From an uncultured Muribaculaceae bacterium (GTDB lineage Bacteria > Bacteroidota > Bacteroidia > Bacteroidales > Muribaculaceae), in assembly GCA_910586455.1 (NCBI GenBank), contig CAJUHX010000003.1:1190-65189 (forward strand): 64,000 bases of DNA. The letters run 5' to 3'. Under the pieces are notes generated by a model. The model worked only from the letters and a program-made list of their open reading frames with translations. It ran no database searches and had not been told where the DNA came from. Of the stretch, positions 46,618 to 58,130 are shown one piece after another. The translations under genes were made by a program, and so were the position numbers. Position 1 is the first letter of the stretch; the number at the start of each line of letters is the position of its first letter.

Positions 46618-48441
46618 TCACAGCAGGCGTATTGTCATGCCGCAGCGGGCGCAGTCGAAGTCGGCACGCATGCGTACATTACCATCCGTAGCCTGCAGGA
46701 ACCAGCTGCCCGGCGATGCGCCGCAGCGTATGCAATGCCCGAGTTCGCGCCGCAGACAGTAGCGGGTGGTCATTACAACGGGTTCGCCTGCCGGACGCCT
46801 GATTTCGGCTGCCGGCTCGATGTCGGCCACGCCGTGCGACTGATAGAAGTCGCGTGCCATGCGATTGGCCACATTGGCGTGATAGCTCAGCGAGGGGCTG
46901 CCTGCGTCGACGGCAGTGTCTTCCTTACGGCGAATGTCGCTGCGGAAGCGCATACGCTGTGCACGGTCGAGCTGTTCGATGGCCCGGCGCCGCAGCTCTA
47001 CCACAGCCGATACGGGCATAAAGCGGTTGCCTATGCGGTCGCTGACTCCGGTGGCGCGATAAATGCTGTCGCCAAGGCGCCCAAGTGTGTCGCGCCGCTT
47101 GGCTTCCTGGGGCGTGCGGGCCGGCTGCAGGTCGGCTTCCATGGCCACGCTCACACGATTGCCGCGGCAGTCGGCGGCGTCAAGGGCCACACGTCCGTCG
47201 ACACACGGGCGCAGTGTAAATTCCACATCAATTGTACGTGTGGCCGTATGCAAGGCCATGAGTTCGTCCCAGACTTTATCGCGGTTGCGGTATACGGTTG
47301 TGCCCGGACTGAGGTCCGCAGGCTTTTCGGCCAGGTAAAGGGTATTGCCGTCGACACGGTTCACACGCGCGCCGCAAAGCCGGCCGTCAGCACCAAACCA
47401 GCCTATGCCGTCGCCGTTGGCGAGTGTTTCGCGGCTTTTAATGCTGATACGGTTTCCGCTTACAGTCTGCACTCGGCCAATAACACGGCCTACGTATTTG
47501 GGCGTGGCCGAGGCGGCCATGCGCATATCGGAAGCGGGGCGTCCGCCAAGGAAGTACGAGGTGAAGCCGCGGTTGAAGGCTCGCGACGGGTCCGGCTGGA
47601 AATGCAATTCGGTGCGTCCGACCGAGGCACGGCGCCAGCGCTGCGGGTCGGTGGCCACCAGGGCGTCGAGCGCCCGCGAATACGAGGCCACCACATTTTT
47701 GACGTATGCGACGTCCTTCAGGCGTCCTTCGATTTTGAATGACGATGCCCCGGCTCGGGCCAGTTCTGCCAGTGAGTCAAGGCGGTTCATGTCGCGCAGG
47801 CTCAGCCAATGTCCGTCGGCAGCAAGGGGGAGCCCCCGGCTGTCGCTGAGCGAATAGCGCAGACGGCATATCTGAGGACACTCGCCCCGGTTGGCGCTGC
47901 GCCCCATGCTCAGGGCTCCAGCATGGCAGTCGCCGCTATAGCTTACACACAGGGCGCCATGGACAAACACCTCCAGGGGCACCGATGTGGCGGCTCGGAT
48001 GGCGGATATCTCTTCGAGCGACAGTTCGCGTGCGAGTACAAGCTGCGAAAATCCCACCTGCTCCAGAAAGCGCGCCTTGGCCGGGTCGCGAGTGTCGCAC
48101 TGTGTGCTTGCATGCAGCGCTATCGGCGGCAGATTCATGCGCAGCAGGGCCATATCCTGCACTATCAGGGCATCCACTCCGGCGTGGTAAAGTTCCCACA
48201 CAAGCTTGCGGGCAGCCTCCAGCTCATTGTCGTATATTATTGTGTTGACGGTCACATACACCTTGGCATCGAAGCAGTGGGCGTATTGGCACACACGCCG
48301 TATACTTTCCACACTATTGCCTGCCGCCGAGCGGGCGCCGAAAGCCTCGGCACCGATATACACCGCATCGGCACCGTGGCTGATGGCCTCGATGGCTGTG
48401 TCGGCGTCGCGGGCCGGCGCCAATAATTCAAGTTTCTGCAT
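46618..48441 (-). CDS. U32 family protein with DUF3656 (RlhA-like)
   Basis: ELLAPA, HGALCVSYSGDC, NRGECPQICR and FKIEGR motifs. Confidence 0.9.
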   Translation of the reverse strand: MQKLELLAPARDADTAIEAISHGADAVYIGAEAFGARSAAGNSVESIRRVCQYAHCFDAKVYVTVNTIIYDNELEAARKLVWELYHAGVDALIVQDMALLRMNLPPIALHASTQCDTRDPAKARFLEQVGFSQLVLARELSLEEISAIRAATSVPLEVFVHGALCVSYSGDCHAGALSMGRSANRGECPQICRLRYSLSDSRGLPLAADGHWLSLRDMNRLDSLAELARAGASSFKIEGRLKDVAYVKNVVASYSRALDALVATDPQRWRRASVGRTELHFQPDPSRAFNRGFTSYFLGGRPASDMRMAASATPKYVGRVIGRVQTVSGNRISIKSRETLANGDGIGWFGADGRLCGARVNRVDGNTLYLAEKPADLSPGTTVYRNRDKVWDELMALHTATRTIDVEFTLRPCVDGRVALDAADCRGNRVSVAMEADLQPARTPQEAKRRDTLGRLGDSIYRATGVSDRIGNRFMPVSAVVELRRRAIEQLDRAQRMRFRSDIRRKEDTAVDAGSPSLSYHANVANRMARDFYQSHGVADIEPAAEIRRPAGEPVVMTTRYCLRRELGHCIRCGASPGSWFLQATDGNVRMRADFDCARCGMTIRLL

Positions 48442-49276
48442 AAAGCTGTCTGCTGCTGATTGATATGCCGTCGAGCAGCCCGAAGGCATACTCGCGCGAT
48501 GCGTTTATAAGCCGTGTATCGTGAGCGTCGGAATTAACCAGTATGGTTGCTCCTGAGGCAAGCAGGCGCGGCAGATGGCGCATACCCGGAAAGAGGCGAC
48601 CGTGCTGCTCATAGCTTTTGGTGTTCACTTCCACTATTACTCCGCTTTCCGATATAGCCTCGAACATGCGGCTGATCCACGCGGCATACCAAGGCTCGTC
48701 TTCAATTCCCGGCTGCCATTGCGAGGCATTATGCGCCACTTTGTCGAAGTGTCCGAGAATGTCGAAACCTCCGGCCTCAATCATTTCGAGTGAATGTCGG
48801 AAATAGGTATCGACAACATAGCGTATGTTGCCTCCGAAATTCCGCTGCATGTTGTAGCGGAAACGCTCGAAATTGCCGTCTATGTCTACCAGCCTACCGT
48901 CCTGTGTGGGTATGAAATGCACCGAGCCGATACTGTAGTCCAACCCGAGGTCGCGGAAATAGCTGTGCGACGGCCCCCACATGGGGCCCAGGTAGTCGAT
49001 TTCCATACCGGCATAGAAGTTCACTCGGTCGCCGTAGCAGCGGCGTGCCTCGGCCACGTCGGCCAGATACCGGTCGACATCGGCCTGCGACATATTGCAG
49101 CTCGAATCTACCGGTATGGGCGAATGCGGCGAAAAGCCGTAGTGCCTGAAACCGGCGGCCGCTGCCGCGGCGGCGAATTCCGCCACCGTGGCCCGGCCGT
49201 CGCAGTATTGGGTATGTCCGTGAAAATTGTACAGCCGGGTATCGGCTGCTATCTGTCTGAAATCTGGTCGGGACAT
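48428..49276 (-). CDS. PHP family phosphatase (HisJ-like)
   Basis: HGHTQYCDG, IGSVH, GHFDK and NSDAH motifs. Confidence 0.85.
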   Translation of the reverse strand: MSRPDFRQIAADTRLYNFHGHTQYCDGRATVAEFAAAAAAAGFRHYGFSPHSPIPVDSSCNMSQADVDRYLADVAEARRCYGDRVNFYAGMEIDYLGPMWGPSHSYFRDLGLDYSIGSVHFIPTQDGRLVDIDGNFERFRYNMQRNFGGNIRYVVDTYFRHSLEMIEAGGFDILGHFDKVAHNASQWQPGIEDEPWYAAWISRMFEAISESGVIVEVNTKSYEQHGRLFPGMRHLPRLLASGATILVNSDAHDTRLINASREYAFGLLDGISISSRQLYAET

Positions 49277-50259
49277 TATTTCTTAATCTGTGCCGAAGTT
49301 TCCGCAGGGCGGCCAAGCGACTCGCGCATGTTGGTGTCGGCCTCCATATTCTTGAGTCTGTAGTAATCCATCACGCCCAGATTGCCGTCGGTAAATGCCT
49401 TGGCCATTGCGCGAGGCAGTTCGGCCTCGGCCTCGATAACCTTGGCGCGTGCCTCCTGTGCCTTGGCTTTCATTTCCTGCTCCAGAGCTATTGCCATAGC
49501 ACGGCGTTCTTCGGCCTTGGCCTGGGCTATGTTCTTGTCGGCCTGGGCCTGGTCGATCTGCAGGGCGGCGCCGATGTTCTTGCCTATGTCGATATCGGCG
49601 ATGTCGATTGAGAGAATCTCGAAAGCGGTGCCGGAGTCAAGGCCCTTTTTCAGCACCAGACGCGAAATCGAGTCGGGGTTTTCGAGTACCTGTTTGTGCG
49701 ACTCCGACGAGCCGATGCTCGACACAATGCCCTCGCCGACACGGGCCAGCACGGTATCTTCGCCGGCGCCGCCCACCAGCTGGTGGATGTTGGCGCGCAC
49801 TGTCACACGGGCCTTGGCTATGAGCTGTATACCATCCTTGGCCACAGCGGTTACCGGCGGGGTATCTATTACCTTGGGGTTTACACTCATCTGCACGGCC
49901 TGGAACACATCGCGGCCTGCGAGGTCGATTGCGGTAGCCATCTTAAGCGACAGCGGTATATTGGCCTTTGAGGCCGACACAAGAGCGTGTACCACCTTCT
50001 CTACGTTGCCGCCTGCAAGATAATGGGCTTCGAGGTCGTCGCGGGTCACATCGGACAGTCCGGCCTTGTGGGCCTCGATCATGGCGCGCACTATTACCGA
50101 CGCCGGCACCTGACGGATGCGCATCAGCACCAGCTGCAGCAGCGATATTTTCACTCCACTCACCCGGGCCGAAATCCACAGGAAGAACGGACAGTAGTAA
50201 AAGAACACCAGCAGCACGATTATGGCCGCCACAATGATCAAAATTACGGTTGTTTCCAT
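49276..50259 (-). CDS. floA: Flotillin-like protein FloA
   Basis: [20 protein letters not shown] and [17 protein letters not shown] motifs. Confidence 0.95.
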   Translation of the reverse strand: METTVILIIVAAIIVLLVFFYYCPFFLWISARVSGVKISLLQLVLMRIRQVPASVIVRAMIEAHKAGLSDVTRDDLEAHYLAGGNVEKVVHALVSASKANIPLSLKMATAIDLAGRDVFQAVQMSVNPKVIDTPPVTAVAKDGIQLIAKARVTVRANIHQLVGGAGEDTVLARVGEGIVSSIGSSESHKQVLENPDSISRLVLKKGLDSGTAFEILSIDIADIDIGKNIGAALQIDQAQADKNIAQAKAEERRAMAIALEQEMKAKAQEARAKVIEAEAELPRAMAKAFTDGNLGVMDYYRLKNMEADTNMRESLGRPAETSAQIKK

Positions 50260-50290
50260 TTATTAATAATATTAGGGTTTAATATTAGGG

Positions 50291-51505
50291 TTATTGCATT
50301 CCTGTCTCATATTTCACCACCTGATTGCGGGCGCGTTTGAGTTCGGCGCTGAGGGAGCTGCGACGGTGTTCGAGCGAGCGGATTTCGCCGGCAAGGTCGC
50401 GGGCACCGGAGGCATATCGGGCCCGCAGAGCCGACAGACGGTCGTCAATGTCGGCCTGCTCGCGCTGCAAGGCTATGACATTGGTCATGGCATGGCGCGC
50501 ATCGGAGCTGCGGAAGTCCGACAGGTTGGTATACAGACGGCCTCCGGCCGACAATGTGAACAGATTGCCTCCACGTGCCAACTCACTCTCCGTCCGGCGC
50601 GGACTATGCACCTTGGCCAGGCGCTCGCTGTAGTCGCGGCCGGAGGTCTGTGTGGCCTTGATGTCGGTGAGCAGTGCCAGCGAGGCTATGTCCTCGCGGT
50701 CTGCCGGATAGTTCACACGCACATCAGAGGGTACAAACACATAGATGTTCACTTTGCCGTCGGGGGCATTGCGGTCAGTGGCCCACCAGCCCAGACCGGA
50801 TGCCTCGTCGATTGCCAGCATATAGTCGTTGTAGGGCGAGTTATAGGGCATGCCCACGTTCTGTGGCACGGTGTACCCGCCTTCGTCGTTGCGGCGTGTC
50901 AGGAATATATCGTAGCCGCCTATCGAGCCTTCGCCGTCGGAGGAGTAGTACAGCGATATACCGTCGGCCATCAGGAAGGGATATGAGGCGTTTTCGCCCT
51001 GCCCAAGACCGGGGTCGAGCTCGCCTTCGCCCTCAATGGTGCCGTCGTCGAGAATCGAGGCGCCCATCAGCCGGCTCACGCCGTCGTCGCCGGGGGCGGC
51101 CCAGATAATCTCACGGCCACACTCGGGTGTGAAGGCTACGTCGGCGTAGTCGCTCTCACGACCGGTGCCGAGGGTCAGTCGTCCGGCCTCCGGGGCCAGC
51201 CGGTAGTTGAGGAAGAATGCTTCGGCATCGACGGTGAGCGAGTCGATTACCTCGATTTGCTCTACACGATCAAGCATATTGCGCATAGTAATGATACGCG
51301 CGCGCAAAGCATCGAGGGCCTCGTTCTGCTCATCGGTGAGGCGTGTCTTCTTCGATTTGTTGGCCTTGGTTTCCCAGTTGTCGAGCAACTCCGACGCCTC
51401 GTCGAGGCGGTATTGGTAGACCATCCCGGCAGCTTCTTCGAGGGGAGTTGCGGCCAACATCGGAAGTGCCGCCGCAATTGATATCGTAAGGAGAGTCTTT
51501 CGCAT
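50291..51505 (-). CDS. Secreted protein with PD40/WD40-like repeat region
   Basis: YPFLMADG, SIGGYDIF and NVGMPYNSPYNDY motifs. Confidence 0.7.
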   Translation of the reverse strand: MRKTLLTISIAAALPMLAATPLEEAAGMVYQYRLDEASELLDNWETKANKSKKTRLTDEQNEALDALRARIITMRNMLDRVEQIEVIDSLTVDAEAFFLNYRLAPEAGRLTLGTGRESDYADVAFTPECGREIIWAAPGDDGVSRLMGASILDDGTIEGEGELDPGLGQGENASYPFLMADGISLYYSSDGEGSIGGYDIFLTRRNDEGGYTVPQNVGMPYNSPYNDYMLAIDEASGLGWWATDRNAPDGKVNIYVFVPSDVRVNYPADREDIASLALLTDIKATQTSGRDYSERLAKVHSPRRTESELARGGNLFTLSAGGRLYTNLSDFRSSDARHAMTNVIALQREQADIDDRLSALRARYASGARDLAGEIRSLEHRRSSLSAELKRARNQVVKYETGMQ

Positions 51506-51530
51506 ATATTTAAGAGGCTGTTTAAAAGTC

Positions 51531-51905
51531 TTATTCGGTTATTTCCACCCGGTTGCCCTCAGGGTCGAGCACCACGCCCATATAACAGCCGTTGACTGCC
51601 ACAAAGGGCTCGCGGGCCACTGTGTTGCCGTCGGTGCGCAGCAGCTCTATCAGAAAATCCACGCCCTGGCGTGAGCCTGTGCTCACGGCCAGATGCGCAG
51701 TGGTGGGTTGTGCCGACTGTTTGTCGCTGTGATGCAGAATCTCGAGGGACGAGGCCGACGGGTCGGACGAGCGCAGAAAGTAGCACTGCACGCCGCGGGC
51801 GGGGTCGCTGTAGAGTTCCGACGAACTCATGGCAAAGTAGCGCATGTACCAGTAGCGCAGCCGTTCGATGTCGTTGGCCTCGATGCCTATATGTGAAATT
51901 CTCAT
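51531..51905 (-). CDS. VOC/glyoxalase family protein
   Basis: MRISHIG, AHLA and DPEGNRVEI motifs. Confidence 0.85.
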   Translation of the reverse strand: MRISHIGIEANDIERLRYWYMRYFAMSSSELYSDPARGVQCYFLRSSDPSASSLEILHHSDKQSAQPTTAHLAVSTGSRQGVDFLIELLRTDGNTVAREPFVAVNGCYMGVVLDPEGNRVEITE

Positions 51906-54529
51906 GCTTTGAGTTCGTTGATTATGGTGTTGAAGGCCTCGCCGAGTCCGTCCATGTCCTTGCCGCCGGCCTGTGCGAAGCCCGGCTGACCGCCGCCACC
52001 GCCTTTGATGGCCTTGGCTGCCGAACGCACCAGTGCCGAGGCGTTCTTGCCCGAGTTCACTATATCGTCGGTGAGCATTACTGTAAGCAGGGGTTTGCCG
52101 GCCTGGTCAAAGGTAGCGCCCACAAAGGCGGTGGGCTGCTTGGCACGCTTGCGCACTTCGAAGGCTATGTTCTTAACCATCTCGGGCAGGCGCGGACCTT
52201 TGAGTTCCACCAGGGCTATATCGCCCAGATAGGTGGCCTGCTGCATCAGCTGCACGGTCATATTGGCCACACGCTCGGCAAAGTATTCCTCAGCCTGCTT
52301 GCGCAGGGTGGCGTTCTCCTCTATCGACTTGCGCAGGGCACCCAGCACGTCGGGAGCGTTGTTGAACATGGCGCCAATCTGGCAGAGGGTATCGGAAACA
52401 TTGTCGATAAAGTCCTCTACCTTGCTGCCGGTGATGGCCTCGATGCGCCGTATACCTGCGGCAATTGAGCTTTCGGAGAGTATGCGTATCATGCCTATGT
52501 TTCCGGTATTGGGCACATGGGTACCGCCGCAGAGTTCCACCGAGTCGCCGTAGCGTATCACGCGCACTTCATCGCCGTATTTTTCGCCAAAGAGGGCCAT
52601 GGCGCCCATCTCGCGGGCTTCGGCAATGGGCACACAGCGCTTTTCGTCGCAGGCCATGGCCTGACGCACGCGTTTGTTGGCCAGATGCTCAACCTTGCGA
52701 ATTTCTTCGGGAGTAAGTTTCTGGAAGTGGCTGAAGTCGAAGCGCAGCACCTCGGGCGACACGAACGAGCCTTTCTGCTCCACGTGTGTGCCCAGCACTT
52801 CGCGCAGGGCCTGGTGCAGCAGGTGTGTGGCGCTGTGGTTGCGCGAAGTGGCCATGCGGGCTTCGGTGTCGATTGCCGCGCGGAAGTCGGCTGCGGGGTC
52901 AGCCGGCAGAGTGGTGGTCAGATGCACTCCTACTCCGTTTTCACGCTTGGTGTCGTATATGTCGATGCTCCGGCCGGTGGCTGTGTCGGTAAGGGTGCCG
53001 CGGTCGCCGGTCTGACCGCCCATCTCGGCGTAGAAGGGGGTGCGGTCGAGAATTATCTGATAAAATTCGCGGTTTTTCTGTTTTACCTTGCGGTAGCGGA
53101 GTATGCGGCATTCGGCCTCGGTAAAGTCATAGCCTACAAACTCCTGCTCGCCATCGCGCACAGTGACCCAGTCGGTGGCCTCCACGGCGGCAGCATTGCG
53201 GGCACGCGACTTCTGCGCTTCCATCTCACGGTCGAAGCCCTCGCGGTCGAGGGTCATGCTGTTCTCGCGCAGAATCAGGTCGGTGAGGTCAAGCGGGAAG
53301 CCGTAGGTATCGTAGAGTGTAAAGGCCTGCTTGCCGCTGATGCTGTCGCTGCCGGCCTTGCGTGCCTGGGCCATTGCGTCGTCGAGCAGGCGGATACCGT
53401 TCTCGAGCGTGCGCAGGAACGAGTCTTCCTCTTCCTTGATTACCCGCATGATGAGTTCGCGCTGGCCGGGCAGTTCGGGATAAGCCTCGCCCATCGAGTC
53501 GATGAGAGTGTCGACCAGGCGATACATGAATGCGTTTTTCTGCCCCAGGAAGGTGTAGGCATAGCGCACTGCGCGGCGCAGTATACGGCGTATCACATAG
53601 CCTGCCTTGGCGTTGCCTGGCAGCTGACTGTCGGCAATGGAGAATGCGATTGTACGCACATGGTCGGCCACCACACGCATGGCCACGTCGGCCTTGTGGT
53701 CCTTGCCGTATTCCATGCCCGAGAGATCGGCGATTTTGCCAATCAGCGGGGTGAACACGTCGGTGTCGTAGTTCGAAGTCTTGCCCTGCAGGGCCATGCA
53801 CAGACGTTCGAAGCCCATGCCGGTGTCGATTACCTTGGCGGGCAGGGGCTCCAGCGAGCCGTCGGCCTTGCGGTTGTACTGCATGAACACCAGGTTCCAG
53901 ATTTCGATTACCTGAGGATGGTCTTTGTTTACCATCTCGGCTCCGGGTATGAGGTTGCGCTCGGCCTGCGGACGCAAGTCGATATGGATTTCGGAGCAGG
54001 GGCCACATGGACCGGTGTCGCCCATCTCCCAGAAGTTGTCGTGCTTGTTGCCGTTGATTATGTGATCGGCGGGCAGATGGCGCTCCCATATAGCGGCAGC
54101 CTCGTCGTCGCGGCTCAGACCTTCATCGGGCGCGCCTTCGAACACTGTGGCGTACAGGCGCTCGGGGTCGAGCTTGAGCACGTCGACCAGGTATTCCCAT
54201 GCCCAGTCGATGGCTTCTTGCTTGAAGTAGTCGCCGAACGACCAGTTGCCCAGCATTTCGAACATGGTGTGGTGGTATGTATCCATGCCCACTTCCTCGA
54301 GGTCGTTATGCTTGCCCGACACTCGCAGACACTTCTGCGAATCGGCTACGCGGGAGTACTTGGCCGCCTTATTGCCCAGAATAATATCCTTGAACTGGTT
54401 CATACCGGCGTTGGTGAACATAAGTGTGGGGTCGTCTTTGATGACCATAGGAGCGGAAGGCACAATGTGGTGTCCCTTTCCGGCAAAGAAAGTTTTAAAC
54501 GATTCTCTGATTTCTTTTGCAGTGAGCAT
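51902..54529 (-). CDS. alaS: Alanine--tRNA ligase
   Basis: [33 protein letters not shown] and ELCGGTH motifs. Confidence 0.98.
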   Translation of the reverse strand: MLTAKEIRESFKTFFAGKGHHIVPSAPMVIKDDPTLMFTNAGMNQFKDIILGNKAAKYSRVADSQKCLRVSGKHNDLEEVGMDTYHHTMFEMLGNWSFGDYFKQEAIDWAWEYLVDVLKLDPERLYATVFEGAPDEGLSRDDEAAAIWERHLPADHIINGNKHDNFWEMGDTGPCGPCSEIHIDLRPQAERNLIPGAEMVNKDHPQVIEIWNLVFMQYNRKADGSLEPLPAKVIDTGMGFERLCMALQGKTSNYDTDVFTPLIGKIADLSGMEYGKDHKADVAMRVVADHVRTIAFSIADSQLPGNAKAGYVIRRILRRAVRYAYTFLGQKNAFMYRLVDTLIDSMGEAYPELPGQRELIMRVIKEEEDSFLRTLENGIRLLDDAMAQARKAGSDSISGKQAFTLYDTYGFPLDLTDLILRENSMTLDREGFDREMEAQKSRARNAAAVEATDWVTVRDGEQEFVGYDFTEAECRILRYRKVKQKNREFYQIILDRTPFYAEMGGQTGDRGTLTDTATGRSIDIYDTKRENGVGVHLTTTLPADPAADFRAAIDTEARMATSRNHSATHLLHQALREVLGTHVEQKGSFVSPEVLRFDFSHFQKLTPEEIRKVEHLANKRVRQAMACDEKRCVPIAEAREMGAMALFGEKYGDEVRVIRYGDSVELCGGTHVPNTGNIGMIRILSESSIAAGIRRIEAITGSKVEDFIDNVSDTLCQIGAMFNNAPDVLGALRKSIEENATLRKQAEEYFAERVANMTVQLMQQATYLGDIALVELKGPRLPEMVKNIAFEVRKRAKQPTAFVGATFDQAGKPLLTVMLTDDIVNSGKNASALVRSAAKAIKGGGGGQPGFAQAGGKDMDGLGEAFNTIINELKA

Positions 54530-54807
54530 ATTTTTGAAAATTTATCTTCATCTATTTAAATGCGCATGCGCGCAATTACATGCAAAGTTACAAAGTTTTT
54601 TGCGTATATGCAAATTTTACTTACACGCCGAGTCCGCGTCTCAGTCATGCACAGTCACGAAATGCCACATCAAAGATTTTTTTTGAAAAAAACTTCATAA
54701 AATTTGTGTATTCAAAATAATCGTTTTAACTTTGCCAAGTGCATAGCCATTGCAGGCCGTGCACAGTGAAATGAACTTTAAAATCAAACAATAATTATCA
54801 TTTCCTT

Positions 54808-56079
54808 ATGAAAAAAGTTTACTCCGCATTGTTCGCCGCAGGCTTCAGCGCTTTCGCCTGCTCGGCTGCAAACCCCACTCCGGCATCTCCAGTACTGCCT
54901 CAGTTCAGCCTCGAGACTCTGAGCGCCGGAATCGGCAGCAACGTAACCGTAGCCAACAACTCTGCCAACGGCATGATGAAGGCTGCCGCAAACAACAATG
55001 CCCCCGCCACCCTCACAGGCCTCGACCTCTGCTTCAACTGGACCTACATTGCCCAGGATGGCCAGATGCCCATGTCGCAATCCCTTACACTCAGCCTTAC
55101 CAAAACCGAAGACGGTGTACAGTCCTATTCAGCCACCGGCTTCCTCGCAGGCATGATGGTTGAGGAAGTAAAACTCCACCCCATGGAACTGCTGTACGAA
55201 CCTGCTACCGGTACCCTCGTGATTCCCGCTGCCCAGACTATCGCAGAGTTTAAGGGCGACAAATTTACCATATGGAACTATCGCAAAGATGACGATCGAC
55301 TGTATTCCGGAATAAACTTCTACTTCGAATACAACAACGGTACATTCGAGTGGAAAAACCCCATAGACGTGACTAACGATGCCGGCCAGCTTGAACCATT
55401 CACCACAAAGAGCCTCGTAGTCGGAGCCCTCAAAAGCGATGGAGTTTCAGCTATGGTTCAGGCAACCAATCTTGAGTTCCGCGTTGCTCAGGGCCGTATG
55501 TCCTACACCGGCGACCTTATCGACAAAAACACCGGCTCGACTATACCTACCAATGTTGAAGGCCCCCTGTTTACTTCGGTCGAAAATGGTCAGCTCATAG
55601 TAGAAAACTTCGGCTCGCCAAACTTCGAGTGGCTCGTTCCTTTCACCGTCAACACTGCCAACCAGACTATAACCTGCGAAAACGTACAACTTTTCTCCGA
55701 AGGCGGTGTTCCCTACTACCTGTCATCAGCCAAGGAACTCTTCAATGAATATGAAGACGAAGGCTCCTACAAAGTTGTGGCTCCCTACACCGTAGCTGAC
55801 GGCAAGACAACCGTGAATGTCGGTGAGTGGAACGCATTCGCATACGACGCCGCCACTAAGGAAGACGTAAACGCCTATGTAAAATTCTACAACACCAAGA
55901 TGGTATTAAACTTCGACCTCAACGCTATGTTTGCCTCAGTAGGCAACATCGCAGTTGACGAAGCCGACGCCAACGCTCCCGTAGAATACTACAACCTTCA
56001 GGGCGTACGCGTTATGAACCCCGAAAACGGCCTCTACATCCGTCGTCAGGGCAAGAACGTTACCAAGGTTATCCTCTGA
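54808..56079 (+). CDS. Secreted protein with T9SS-like C-terminal sorting domain
   Basis: Signal peptide; C-terminus APVEYYNLQGVRV..GLYIRRQG..KVIL. Confidence 0.75.
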   Translation: MKKVYSALFAAGFSAFACSAANPTPASPVLPQFSLETLSAGIGSNVTVANNSANGMMKAAANNNAPATLTGLDLCFNWTYIAQDGQMPMSQSLTLSLTKTEDGVQSYSATGFLAGMMVEEVKLHPMELLYEPATGTLVIPAAQTIAEFKGDKFTIWNYRKDDDRLYSGINFYFEYNNGTFEWKNPIDVTNDAGQLEPFTTKSLVVGALKSDGVSAMVQATNLEFRVAQGRMSYTGDLIDKNTGSTIPTNVEGPLFTSVENGQLIVENFGSPNFEWLVPFTVNTANQTITCENVQLFSEGGVPYYLSSAKELFNEYEDEGSYKVVAPYTVADGKTTVNVGEWNAFAYDAATKEDVNAYVKFYNTKMVLNFDLNAMFASVGNIAVDEADANAPVEYYNLQGVRVMNPENGLYIRRQGKNVTKVIL

Positions 56080-56106
56080 TAACAATCCCGGTAATCAGAT
56101 ACACCG

Positions 56107-56138
56107 AAAAGGCCGCACCAAGTTGGTGCGGCCTTTTT
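56107..56138 (+). terminator. Intrinsic terminator
   Basis: AAAAGGCCGCACCAA-g-TTGGTGCGGCCTTTTT. Confidence 0.85.
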
Positions 56139-56177
56139 GTGTTTTGCCAAATGACGATTTTTTATTAACTTTGCACC

Positions 56178-57149
56178 ATGTCACGCAAAACATTCTACCG
56201 ATACAACCCGGCCACCGACGGATACGAACGTGTATACCCGTCAGCCCGACAACGGCTCTGGAGCGTGTTGCGGCAGACAGTGATAGGCGTTGCAGCAGGT
56301 ATTGGCGTGGCATTGGCGGCATATTATATCATAGATTTTCCGCGCGAAAAAAAACTGCGCGACGAAAATCAGCGTCTGCGGGCAAGCGTAGAACTGCTCG
56401 ACCGTCGCAGCGACCGCGCCATTGATGTGATGGAAGACATAATGGCACGCGACAATAACTTTTACCGAGTGATGCTTCAGGCCGACCCGTTGCCTCCGGG
56501 CCGACGTCTGGCAGGCCTCGAACGACAGCGCCTGTACGAAGAATACGACACCATGCCCGACTACAGCCTGGTTGGGGCCGTGACCGATAAGCTCGACCTG
56601 CTCGACCACATGATTTATGCACAAAGCAACTCGTTCGACGAACTGCGGCAACAGGCTGCAAGCCTGAAAGACCGTGCCGAACACGTGCCGGCCATACCGC
56701 CTGTATCGGCAAAACACCTCAAGCAGATGGCCTCGGGATACGGCTACCGGCGCGACCCTGTGTACGGAACTTCGCGTTTCCACGAGGGTATGGACTTCGC
56801 GGCCGACATCGGCACCCCGGTTTACGCCACAGCCGACGGTGTGGTGGACTGGGCCGACTGGAAAAGCGCCTACGGCAATCTCATAGAGCTGCGCCACGGT
56901 TATAACTACACAACACGCTACGCGCATCTGTCGAAAATTTTAGTTAAAAAAGGTCAGATGGTAAAACGCGGCGACCAGATAGGTCTGGTGGGAAACACCG
57001 GCAAAAGTACCGGCCCGCACCTGCACTACGAGGTTCACCTGGCCGGAAAGCACCAGAATCCGGTAAACTACTACTTCTACGACCTCTCACCCGAGGAATA
57101 CGATGCCATGATACGCCGGGCCGAAAATGCAGGACACGTAATGGATTAA
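56178..57149 (+). CDS. M23 family peptidase
   Basis: HEGMD (HxxxD), YAHL and TGPHLHYE (HxH) motifs. Confidence 0.93.
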   Translation: MSRKTFYRYNPATDGYERVYPSARQRLWSVLRQTVIGVAAGIGVALAAYYIIDFPREKKLRDENQRLRASVELLDRRSDRAIDVMEDIMARDNNFYRVMLQADPLPPGRRLAGLERQRLYEEYDTMPDYSLVGAVTDKLDLLDHMIYAQSNSFDELRQQAASLKDRAEHVPAIPPVSAKHLKQMASGYGYRRDPVYGTSRFHEGMDFAADIGTPVYATADGVVDWADWKSAYGNLIELRHGYNYTTRYAHLSKILVKKGQMVKRGDQIGLVGNTGKSTGPHLHYEVHLAGKHQNPVNYYFYDLSPEEYDAMIRRAENAGHVMD

Positions 57150-57170
57150 CACGCGCCCACACACCGCTTT

Positions 57171-57494
57171 ATGGACGAATTAAACAAAAAATACTATAAA
57201 ATCGGCGAGGTAGCCCGCATACTCGAGCTACCTCAAAGCACCCTGCGATTCTGGGAAAGGAAATTCAGCATCATAAGGCCACGGCGCAACGATCGCGGAA
57301 CCCGCTTCTACACCCCCGGCGATATGGAGCGCCTGCGAATGGTAAAATATCTTGTTCACGAAAAGGGGCTTAAAATCGAGGCCGCGGTTGAGCAGGTAAA
57401 CCGCAACCGCAGCAACGTAAGCCGCCGATTCGAGGTTATAGAACGCCTCAGAGCCATACGCACCACGCTCACCGATATTCTCGACGCACTCTGA
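57171..57494 (+). CDS. MerR family regulator
   Basis: YYKIGEVA..TLRFWE..R.Y motif. Confidence 0.9.
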   Translation: MDELNKKYYKIGEVARILELPQSTLRFWERKFSIIRPRRNDRGTRFYTPGDMERLRMVKYLVHEKGLKIEAAVEQVNRNRSNVSRRFEVIERLRAIRTTLTDILDAL

Positions 57495-57553
57495 TAGCAA
57501 ACCTTTCGGCTTTTACTTTCGTTATAGCATAAAACTATGAAAAGTAAACGAAA

Positions 57554-58036
57554 ATGAAACTGAAAACCATTATGGCCATAGGCGCGCTGGCAGTGCTGCC
57601 CCTGACCGCCGCCGCACAACTGCCCCAGGGCGGCCCCGGCATAGCAGTGGCCGGCTCTGTATCTCCCACCGAACTGCCTAAGAAAGCGCAGGAATTTCTG
57701 TCGAAGTATTATCCGCAGCAGCAGTGCGCGTCGCTGATGAAAGACTTCACCGACAACGAATATGAACTCCGCATGACCGACGGAACCGAAATAACATTCT
57801 TCGCCGATGGCCGCATCGACGAAATAGAGGCTCCGAAAGGAGGCATACTGCCACTGAAAGTAATAAAGGCACTGCTGCCCGAAAAGAGCTTCCGGCACCT
57901 CAACGACAACAGCTATCTGGGCATGGTCAACGAAATCGACTACAAGGCAAACGGCTACAAAGTATCGCTGAAGACCAACGCACCCGACGACATCACCTAC
58001 TCCCTCGCCGGCGATGTGGTGGAAATCGACTACTGA
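57554..58036 (+). CDS. PepSY-like (BLIP-fold) periplasmic protein
   Basis: [13 protein letters not shown] and YEL..DG.EI.F..DG repeats. Confidence 0.8.
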   Translation: MKLKTIMAIGALAVLPLTAAAQLPQGGPGIAVAGSVSPTELPKKAQEFLSKYYPQQQCASLMKDFTDNEYELRMTDGTEITFFADGRIDEIEAPKGGILPLKVIKALLPEKSFRHLNDNSYLGMVNEIDYKANGYKVSLKTNAPDDITYSLAGDVVEIDY

Positions 58037-58073
58037 TAGCCTCTTATTGCAAATACCGATAAAAAACACTAAC

Positions 58074-58111
58074 TTTGCAGCCGGAACGGTACGTACCGTT
58101 CCGGCTGCAAA
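58074..58111. repeat. 38-bp perfect palindrome over the hisS promoter
   Basis: TTTGCAGCCGGAACGGTAC|GTACCGTTCCGGCTGCAAA. Confidence 0.9.
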
Positions 58112-58130
58112 TTCATACACCTACCACACA

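Noticed and set aside
52517..54559. 680-aa ORF antisense to alaS (similar cases: 26021-27625, 22548-23771, 46606-47742, 15373-16389, 18757-19737)
   Set aside because: Shadow frames caused by GC-rich third codon positions; no motifs, and they lie wholly opposite conserved genes
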